From IMG/VR virus record IMGVR_UViG_3300005805_000491, positions 1 through 24,036 of that record: a stretch of 24,036 bases of DNA. One strand, written 5' to 3'. The first letter of the stretch is position 1. Each line of letters begins with the position of its first letter. The notes under the pieces are model-generated. The model was given only the letters and a program-made list of their open reading frames with translations, searched no databases and was not told the origin of the DNA. Origin of the DNA: a virus (taxonomy: Duplodnaviria > Caudoviricetes). This document shows, one piece after another, positions 1 through 5,941 of this stretch. A program made the translations under genes and the position numbers.

Positions 1-427
1 CATCCATCGTGTACGTGAAGACGTGGGGCTGGCCGTTGGCGTCGAGATACGCCGCGCCGTCTTTTGTGGCAATCAGACTGCACTCGTTCGCGTCGTGTTT
101 TACGAACTGCCAGTGCCACCCTTGCCGCTGCAACAGTGCCGCGCGCAGCGTCGCCCGCATTGCCACGACACCCTGAATCACATCAAAGCAATTGAGCGAC
201 GTGTCGCGGTCGAGGTTAAAAGATCGGCCAGCGGCTATCCGCATCGAAACCTCCTCCGGATTTGCGCAGCCGGGACGTTTGCGCACAGCAAATGCTTGGT
301 ACTTGTCGGCCACCGCCCGCTCCATCTCCATGCGAATCGTCGCATCTTGGACCTTTTGCATGAAATCCTCCATGCGGAGAACATCCTGAATTTGTGCCGC
401 TTCCGGCGTTGTCTGAGTTGTGCTCAT
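1..427 (-). CDS. RecT/Red-beta-like ssDNA annealing protein (runs off the window, partial)
   Basis: Not in the ORF track. ATG at 427 after AGGAG, open to position 1: MSTTQTTPEAAQ...EEVSMRIAAGRSFNLDRDTSLNCFDVIQGVVAMRATLRAALL...VFTYTMD. This resembles the RecT-like pattern (G..lgl....al..i.vi.G...l.a....al...ft.eda), and the gene lies directly after a YqaJ exonuclease. Confidence 0.65.
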   Translation of the reverse strand, partial: MSTTQTTPEAAQIQDVLRMEDFMQKVQDATIRMEMERAVADKYQAFAVRKRPGCANPEEVSMRIAAGRSFNLDRDTSLNCFDVIQGVVAMRATLRAALLQRQGWHWQFVKHDANECSLIATKDGAAYLDANGQPHVFTYTMD

Positions 428-430
428 CTC

Positions 431-1420
431 CTATCCTTTCTTTTTCACTACTCGCAGCGGCCGCGAAATGTTTTCAGCCGTGCATCTTTCATACACCTCC
501 GGCCATTCGGCGCGAAGTTTTTCCACGTCCACCCGCCGCGCGGTCTGGACCTTCGCGGTGACCTTCCAGTCCCCCGCAAAAAACGTCTCGATATCACCCA
601 CCGCCGCCGACAGTTCCCGCCGCCGCTCGTCCATTAGCGCTTCCGCCGATTTCACGATGTCCCGCGCCTCGGCGTAGCGGTCTACGATCTGCACCAGGTC
701 GTCACGGCGCTCTTCGCCGCCGACGTTCGCCCACTCCTCCTCGCGGCACGTCACGCCAAACTGGCACCCATCGCAGCGATAGTCGCGCGGGTCGAGGATC
801 GCCGGCGGCGTGCGCTGCTCAACGGCAGTCCAGAAGCGGTCCACCCGCTCAGACACCAACTCCATCAGTTCGGCGTCGTAGGTGAAGTGGAACAGCTTCA
901 GCCCGCCGTCGCCCGAGTGCTCCCGATTCCACGCAGCGAGGATTCCCCATTTCCAGCCGGTGACGTACATGTACCACTGCAATTGCAGGACGTACGCCTG
1001 CGCCACGCCGTCGAACTGCCAGCGGCGGAACGTCTCGTTACCGACGCACTTGATTTCCAGCACCCCCGGCCCGCGCTCATCGGTGGCGACGATGTGCCGG
1101 TCGAGGTGCGCCCCCTCGTGCGGCATACCGACTACCGGAGCGCGGCGACGGAGCTTGTAGCCGTGCTTCTCACTGACGAGCGCGGCAATGTGATCTTCCA
1201 TCACCTTGCCGACCGTCATGATCCCTGTTTCGCGAAACTCGCGGCCTGGGGTCGCTCCGGTTTTCTGATACCACAGCTTGCGCGCGCAGCCGTAAGGCTC
1301 CAAGTTAAGCACGGCGGCGATCTCGCTGCCACCGACGTAGCCGCGGCGGTTGGACGGATCGCGCGGGATCGGCTGCGGCTTGTGCGCGTCGAGTTGGTTA
1401 AAGCGGATGGTGAAGTTCAC
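431..1420 (-). CDS. YqaJ/lambda-exonuclease-like viral recombinase (PD-(D/E)xK nuclease) with extra Cys motifs
   Basis: Motifs RRGYVGGSEIAAVL, G...E, AHLDR, VLEIKC, Y.LQLQWYM. GTG start at 1420 is preferred (GGAGG upstream, GTGA overlap with the HTH stop) over the track start at 1438. Confidence 0.9.
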   Translation of the reverse strand: MNFTIRFNQLDAHKPQPIPRDPSNRRGYVGGSEIAAVLNLEPYGCARKLWYQKTGATPGREFRETGIMTVGKVMEDHIAALVSEKHGYKLRRRAPVVGMPHEGAHLDRHIVATDERGPGVLEIKCVGNETFRRWQFDGVAQAYVLQLQWYMYVTGWKWGILAAWNREHSGDGGLKLFHFTYDAELMELVSERVDRFWTAVEQRTPPAILDPRDYRCDGCQFGVTCREEEWANVGGEERRDDLVQIVDRYAEARDIVKSAEALMDERRRELSAAVGDIETFFAGDWKVTAKVQTARRVDVEKLRAEWPEVYERCTAENISRPLRVVKKKG

Positions 1421-1626
1421 AGCGGCCTCCGGCAGCACGGGCAGTTGGGCTTAAAGCCGTCGATGCCGTGCTTTTGAGCTATCTCGCTGAGTCGGGTGAC
1501 CATCTCGGGAGTTGCCTTCCTCGTTCCGGTTTCCCATCTAGCCACGCTGACAATGTTGACGCCAGCCTCCCAAGCGAGCCGCTGCTGAGTCCAGCCCAGC
1601 TTCTTCCGCAATTCTCGTACCGTCAC
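1417..1626 (-). CDS. XRE/Cro-like helix-turn-helix regulator with C-terminal CPCC
   Basis: VRELRKKLGWTQQRLAWEAGVNIVSVARWETG is a classic HTH_3 pattern. GTG at 1626 is preceded by AAGGAGGT. Confidence 0.9.
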   Translation of the reverse strand: MTVRELRKKLGWTQQRLAWEAGVNIVSVARWETGTRKATPEMVTRLSEIAQKHGIDGFKPNCPCCRRPL

Positions 1627-1721
1627 AGGACCTCCTTCAGCCAGCAAATCAGCGCCAGCAGTCCGCACCAGATAAACCCGCCGATGACAACGCTGGCGGC
1701 GTCATCACTACGGCGGCTCAC
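1623..1721 (-). CDS. 32-aa single-transmembrane small protein
   Basis: MSRRSDDAASVVIGGFIWCGLLALICWLKEVL. GTGA overlaps with both neighbours and it fills the gap exactly. Too short to appear in the ORF track. Confidence 0.65.
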   Translation of the reverse strand: MSRRSDDAASVVIGGFIWCGLLALICWLKEVL

Positions 1722-1879
1722 TGCCTCACCGCCGACTTCGCCGGCAGCACCGGCGGCATCTGCGCGATCGTTTCGGCTAATGCCGCCTGGCCGAACTCAA
1801 CGGCCATCGACACGTCTCCCTGTTCGAGCCGGCGAAGGAACATCTTCGCCAGCGCGATCGCTGCGTTCAAGTCACGCAT
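1718..1879 (-). CDS. 53-aa hypothetical protein
   Basis: MRDLNAAIALAKMFLRRLEQGDVSMAVEFGQAALAETIAQMPPVLPAKSAVRQ. ATG lies 1 nt after the upstream stop, with AAGGGA upstream. Confidence 0.65.
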   Translation of the reverse strand: MRDLNAAIALAKMFLRRLEQGDVSMAVEFGQAALAETIAQMPPVLPAKSAVRQ

Positions 1880-1880
1880 T

Positions 1881-2063
1881 TTATTCCCTTTCAAGTCTCT
1901 GTTTTATCAGCGCCGCTCGGATCGCCTCGCGCACCCACACGCGAAGCTCCTGCTGGCGCCCGATCGCCGCCATCTTCGCCAGCGCCCACTCGCGCGGCAC
2001 GACGTCAACGGTCTTCGTGGTCCATTCTGGTTTGGCCAGCTTGGCTGGCTTTGTTGTTGCCAC
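1881..2063 (-). CDS. Small putative ribbon-helix-helix (Arc/CopG-like) DNA-binding protein
   Basis: 60 aa. Beta-like TKTVDV, then a helix (PREWALAKMAA), a turn, and a second helix (LRVWVREAIRAAL). First gene after the predicted promoter. Confidence 0.55.
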   Translation of the reverse strand: MATTKPAKLAKPEWTTKTVDVVPREWALAKMAAIGRQQELRVWVREAIRAALIKQRLERE

Positions 2064-2070
2064 GGAGACT

Positions 2071-2110
2071 AGCCTAATCTGCTTTCAGCGATTTTGCAAT
2101 AGTTTTTTTG
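2071..2110 (-). promoter_or_regulatory. Sigma70-like promoter for the early module, probably leaderless
   Basis: Minus strand: A-tract (UP-like), then TTGCAA (2099-2094), 17 nt, TAGGCT (2076-2071), 7 nt, GTG start at 2063. No Shine-Dalgarno in between. Confidence 0.65.
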
Positions 2111-2331
2111 CGATAGTGCGGCACCGGATAAACCTTGTCTCCGGTGCGAACGCGGAAAGATCGAATTTCGACCAGGTCATCCCGCATTGCCGCGCGCAGT
2201 ACCTCTTTGACGCGTGACAAACTTTTTCCGCTTTCATTGGCGATCTGCTGCGCCGTCTGCCAGCCAGCTGGAACTTCCTCAATGCCGCCATTGGCCAGCG
2301 CTTCGACCAGATTTTTTAGGAGATCAGCCAT
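2074..2331 (-). CDS. Hypothetical protein, possible winged-helix DNA-binding domain
   Basis: 85 aa. PAGWQTAQQIANESGKSLSRVKEVLR helix-turn-helix-like segment followed by a beta-hairpin-like stretch. Overlaps the end of the phosphoesterase. Confidence 0.6.
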   Translation of the reverse strand: MADLLKNLVEALANGGIEEVPAGWQTAQQIANESGKSLSRVKEVLRAAMRDDLVEIRSFRVRTGDKVYPVPHYRKKTIAKSLKAD

Positions 2332-3059
2332 CGCGGCTCCTCTCGCTCACCGTGGCCACAGCGCCATTCGAGCAAGTTCACGGTCGAGTCATCATCGCAG
2401 AATTCGCCGTAAGCGATGCCATGCGCCCATGAAAGCGTCTGCCGGCGGCGCCGCGCGTATGCCATCGTGCGCGGGTCAGCACCCAGGCCAACGCAAACAC
2501 CCCACGGCGAGCCAATGCCGCGGCCGCGAAACATGTGCGGGTGGTGCAGGTGGGCCATGACAACTTTGCCGCCGACCATTTCGACGTGATCGCGCAAGGC
2601 GTTGATGTTGTACATGTAGCCGTGCCCCATGTGCATGTCGCCCACGCGCGCCCATCCGCGCTCGATGTCGTATGGATAAATCTTGCACTTAATCCGCGCT
2701 GCCGATGCCTCCATATCAGCGACCAACCGCCGCGCCAACTCCGCCACGATCGCCGACGGATGCGCGATGAGGCTATAGACGCGGTCGTCATGATTGCCCA
2801 ACATCCAGCGATTCGGACGCATTTCTTGCAGCCACGCAAGTGCCTTGTTGACGTCTGGCTCAAGCGGCTCGGCTTCGTCTTTGCTTCCCCTTGCTCCAGC
2901 GCGCAGCGCGGTCGTTTCCAGCAGATCTCCGAGCTCGGTGTAATCGTGCGGAGCAAACGCCTTGCGGAAAGCGCGCACGTTTCGCTGGTATTCGGAGCAG
3001 GCATGCGTGCTATGCAGGCATCCCGTCGCCATCCAGCGGCGCCATCTACGGACGATCAT
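2316..3059 (-). CDS. Calcineurin-like metallophosphoesterase (variant motif I)
   Basis: Motifs in the correct order: GCLH (for DxH), LGDLLE, LGNHD, GHG, AHLH. Confidence 0.85.
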   Translation of the reverse strand: MIVRRWRRWMATGCLHSTHACSEYQRNVRAFRKAFAPHDYTELGDLLETTALRAGARGSKDEAEPLEPDVNKALAWLQEMRPNRWMLGNHDDRVYSLIAHPSAIVAELARRLVADMEASAARIKCKIYPYDIERGWARVGDMHMGHGYMYNINALRDHVEMVGGKVVMAHLHHPHMFRGRGIGSPWGVCVGLGADPRTMAYARRRRQTLSWAHGIAYGEFCDDDSTVNLLEWRCGHGEREEPRWLIS

Positions 3060-3459
3060 CGTGCATCTCGCGACGCAGTCGCGCGATTGCGCGCGTTAAG
3101 ATCTTCGGCATTGGCACCCCCAAGCGACCTGCGTTTTCGGTGATCGAAATCAGCTCAGTCGCGCAAAAAAAACCGGCGATTGCGGCGCCGGCGTCGAATC
3201 CCAGAGGCTGCGTTGCGTTGTACGCGTGCGCGGCGCCGACGAGGATAAATTGCATTGCCTTGCGCGCCATTCCACGAAAGCTCGCGTCGCTGCTCAATTC
3301 TCCGCGCGTAATTGCGATCAGCAGGCCGGATGCAAAATCAAGAGCGACCAATAAACACAGTGTTTGAACCAAAGCGTGCAGGCCTCCCCAAACGCCAGCG
3401 ACCACGGCCACAATCCATGCCTGCTTGATTTTAGTTACGGTCACCGGCGCCGCGATCAT
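3046..3459 (-). CDS. Holin (Phage_holin_4_1 / TcdE-like family)
   Basis: Hydrophobic segments plus family motifs LDFASG, LSS....GMARK, FFCATELISITENAGRLGVPMPKIL. Confidence 0.9.
   Translation of the reverse strand: MIAAPVTVTKIKQAWIVAVVAGVWGGLHALVQTLCLLVALDFASGLLIAITRGELSSDASFRGMARKAMQFILVGAAHAYNATQPLGFDAGAAIAGFFCATELISITENAGRLGVPMPKILTRAIARLRREMHDDRP
3165..3192 (-). terminator. Intrinsic-terminator-like hairpin plus U8, inside the holin CDS
   Basis: Minus strand G-CCGGCG-ccgcaat-CGCCGG-TTTTTTTT: a 6-bp all-GC stem, a 7-nt loop and an immediately adjacent 8-T tract. Confidence 0.5.
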
Positions 3460-3794
3460 TTTTCCTCCGCGCGCATCTGCACAACGGCGAGCTGGACGGC
3501 TAGGTCAATGATTCGATCTGCGGAATCTGGCGTGATCCGCTTCAGCCGCGTGGATGCAACGTGCAGCAACGCGCGGCCGCGTTGATTTGCCGAAAGTGCC
3601 AGCCACGCATCCACCTGCGGAATCGCAAATTGCTCAAACAGCTTTACCAGCTCATCATCTGCCCGCGTAGGCGTCAGCGCTGCGATAGTGCGAACGATCG
3701 GCAGCGCGTCCTTGGCCAATTCCACGGCCGCAGTGATGTCTTGCGCAGCGCGGCCGGTCACATAGGAAAACCACCGCAAAAACAGCTTTTTCAT
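3456..3794 (-). CDS. Lysis-cluster hypothetical protein (TPTxxDD motif; possible holin accessory)
   Basis: 112 aa with ATGA overlaps on both sides. Amphipathic helices, TPTRADD motif, and a C-terminal IDLAVQLAV reminiscent of LL-H-type holin tails. Confidence 0.6.
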   Translation of the reverse strand: MKKLFLRWFSYVTGRAAQDITAAVELAKDALPIVRTIAALTPTRADDELVKLFEQFAIPQVDAWLALSANQRGRALLHVASTRLKRITPDSADRIIDLAVQLAVVQMRAEEK

Positions 3795-4456
3795 TTGATC
3801 GCTCCAAAGATCGCGCCGGTAGCAATCGGCGCCGCTATTTTTAGGATACGCCAGCGCATAGAGTCAGGCTTAGTCAGCCGCGCGACGTTGGACGTCGTGG
3901 CGTCAACGTTGGCGACGATTTGCGGCGTTGCCTCGCGGATGGCTCGCATTGTACGCGACGTTTCGCCGGCCGTTACGCGCGAGGCGCCAAGCAGCGCCGT
4001 CGCTTGCGCCTGCCAGCACGCACCATTTCCGGCGCAATCAGTCCAGGGATCAAGACGCTGCCCGATTGCCGCGGGAATGCGTCGGTACTCCTCAATCGCT
4101 GCGTTTGCTGTAGCGGCAACGCTGGCTGCCTGTGCCTCAATCCTGTCGAGGCGAATAAAGGCAGCCGTAACGTTATTTTGGATCGTCTGCGCAGTTTGCT
4201 CGCGCCATGCTTGAGATTCGCCGGCTAACTGAAATGTTGCCGCTCGCGCATTCCTATCTATTAACCGGCGTGCTGCCGCGCTTTCGTTGGCCACCAGTTT
4301 CCTTATTTCGGCGGCCTCTGCTTTGATTCTGTAGTCAACGAGCGCCGGTAATACGATCATTTGCATTCGCGCTTGCCGCAAAACTAAACCGGCCTCTATC
4401 GCGCACCATGCGATGCAAAATGCAGCGAAGCTGATAGCGATTTCCCGCATGTTCAT
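3791..4456 (-). CDS. Membrane-anchored coiled-coil protein in lysis cluster (i-spanin-like candidate)
   Basis: Start ATG at 4456 (ATGA overlap), 221 aa. N-terminal TM (IAISFAAFCIAWCAIEAGLVL), long Ala-rich helical body, CAGNGAC loop, hydrophobic C-terminal helix. Confidence 0.55.
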   Translation of the reverse strand: MNMREIAISFAAFCIAWCAIEAGLVLRQARMQMIVLPALVDYRIKAEAAEIRKLVANESAAARRLIDRNARAATFQLAGESQAWREQTAQTIQNNVTAAFIRLDRIEAQAASVAATANAAIEEYRRIPAAIGQRLDPWTDCAGNGACWQAQATALLGASRVTAGETSRTMRAIREATPQIVANVDATTSNVARLTKPDSMRWRILKIAAPIATGAIFGAIK

Positions 4457-4800
4457 TTCGGCGCCGGTGGAGTCAGGATTTGCGCGACGCCGGAAATCGC
4501 ATCGACTAGATCCATGCCGCGCAGTCGGCGAAAGTGATACGCGTCTAAGGCCGGCCATCCCCAAATATCAATTTCTACGTCGATCACGTGGCCATCGGTC
4601 GCCAGCGCTGCGGCGCGCTGGTACCGATCGCAAAATGGATCGTCGCTGACGGTTTCGTAAATCGACGGAGCGATAGTTTTGAGCAGCCGAACCTGTGGGG
4701 CAATCGGCACTCGAAATGCCGCACCGTTGCGCCAAATCGCGCGCTCGCTCTGCGCGTCAAAGTTGCTCCAAAACTGTTCACTTACGGTAATTCTTCCCAT
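4453..4800 (-). CDS. Hypothetical protein in lysis cluster
   Basis: 115 aa. Overlaps the endolysin end, and its stop overlaps the next ATG. Contains GHVIDVEIDIWGWP. Confidence 0.65.
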   Translation of the reverse strand: MGRITVSEQFWSNFDAQSERAIWRNGAAFRVPIAPQVRLLKTIAPSIYETVSDDPFCDRYQRAAALATDGHVIDVEIDIWGWPALDAYHFRRLRGMDLVDAISGVAQILTPPAPK

Positions 4801-5201
4801 TTACCGTTCCATTTTACGTCTTTGCCGCTTCGATCATATGCCCAAACGACACGGCCGCCGACTGGCACGCCAGGCCGAACATCAAGGTGAATGAAGTTTT
4901 GGTGCCGCGCGATTCCGACCCCAGTAAATTCTGGAAATTCTGGCAATCGTCGCCAAATTTCAATTAATGGCGGGCCGGTAAGATCAGCAGCTATGCCTTC
5001 CGTATGTCGGCCCGGTTTGGCTTTGGGTGCTTCGATCGGATGTTGTGGGCAACGGTATCCGCTCGTAATCTTTAGCGGCTGGCCAATGGCGTCGCGCAAA
5101 TGTTGCAGCAGTTCTACAAATTCGAAACGAATGCCAAAACGGCCGCAATGTTGGCAGGCAAATTCAGATGCACTGAAATCACGAGTCAATTGATCCACCA
5201 T
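4782..5201 (-). CDS. Endolysin, peptidase M15A-like Zn peptidase
   Basis: F...EFAC.HCG, LR...G.PL.ITSGYRC..H, RH..G.AAD, FIHLDVR motifs. Confidence 0.92.
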   Translation of the reverse strand: MVDQLTRDFSASEFACQHCGRFGIRFEFVELLQHLRDAIGQPLKITSGYRCPQHPIEAPKAKPGRHTEGIAADLTGPPLIEIWRRLPEFPEFTGVGIARHQNFIHLDVRPGVPVGGRVVWAYDRSGKDVKWNGKWEELP

Positions 5202-5202
5202 T

Positions 5203-5529
5203 TCATGTTTCCCAAGGAGGAGGCAAGATTTTGACAGGAGGTGTTTTTTGATTCAGAATTTGTTCTGTTAATTCCGCATCATAGACCAGCAGCTCATCTC
5301 CAAGTGATGAAATCACCCATTGCTCAATTTGAGATTCTGACAACTCATCAAATGGCGTAAAGGAAGATGGATCTGGCTGCGAAAGCCTGACCTGGCCATA
5401 TGCCTGTGCTTGATATTTGGCCTCTGTTGCCGTTCGTTCCCAACTGACGATGATTACTACATCTTGCAATCCATCTAGATCGCCTTCCACGATCAATTGT
5501 GGGAATTTCCAAGAATAGGCAATCGGCAT
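5203..5529 (-). CDS. Tail-fibre-associated small protein (putative fibre chaperone/accessory)
   Basis: 108 aa. Y.W...L......DVV..V.W, FTPFDELSE.QI..WV and terminal PPW, a pattern typical of genes downstream of fibres in aquatic phages. Confidence 0.6.
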   Translation of the reverse strand: MPIAYSWKFPQLIVEGDLDGLQDVVIIVSWERTATEAKYQAQAYGQVRLSQPDPSSFTPFDELSESQIEQWVISSLGDELLVYDAELTEQILNQKTPPVKILPPPWET

Positions 5530-5530
5530 A

Positions 5531-5920
5531 TTACGCTGTCGGCGTAGCTACATCGATCAGGCCGGTAGCCTTGTCGAGAGCGATCTGGTATTCGGCGTTC
5601 GCCTTGTTGACATTCTCCTGCGCCGCGACAACCGAGGGCGGCGGGGCGTAAGAGACGATCTGCTTAACCTGGAGAAGAATGAGATCGTTCGCGAAGTTCA
5701 CGGCGATGTCGGTCGGCGTGTCGTCGGGACGGTTCTGATACTTGTTCCACGGCGGGCCGGAGGGATCCAGCGGATTCGGCTTGGTCTGGGTCGAGAGCCA
5801 AGCGAAGAGGCTGTCCACGCCGTCTTGAGGAACACTCTTCAGTTCACGGACGACAGTCGTGCCGTCGTCTATAAAGAAGGTGAGGGAGGGGGTGACTTTC
5901 GTCGCGAGAGGATTTGCCAT
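5531..5920 (-). CDS. Hypothetical protein downstream of tail fibre
   Basis: 129 aa with an AAAGGA RBS and a short C-terminal coiled coil. Confidence 0.7.
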   Translation of the reverse strand: MANPLATKVTPSLTFFIDDGTTVVRELKSVPQDGVDSLFAWLSTQTKPNPLDPSGPPWNKYQNRPDDTPTDIAVNFANDLILLQVKQIVSYAPPPSVVAAQENVNKANAEYQIALDKATGLIDVATPTA

Positions 5921-5941
5921 ACCAGTTTCCTTTTGATTTCG

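Noticed and set aside
2378-3004. 208-aa overlapping minus-strand ORF within the phosphoesterase
   Set aside because: Arg/Trp/Ser/Thr-rich off-frame composition. The other frame carries all the catalytic motifs.
4584-4781. 65-aa alternative-frame minus ORF starting right after the endolysin stop, considered as an o-spanin
   Set aside because: No signal peptide or lipobox. The overlapping 115-aa frame is coupled to the next gene and looks more protein-like.
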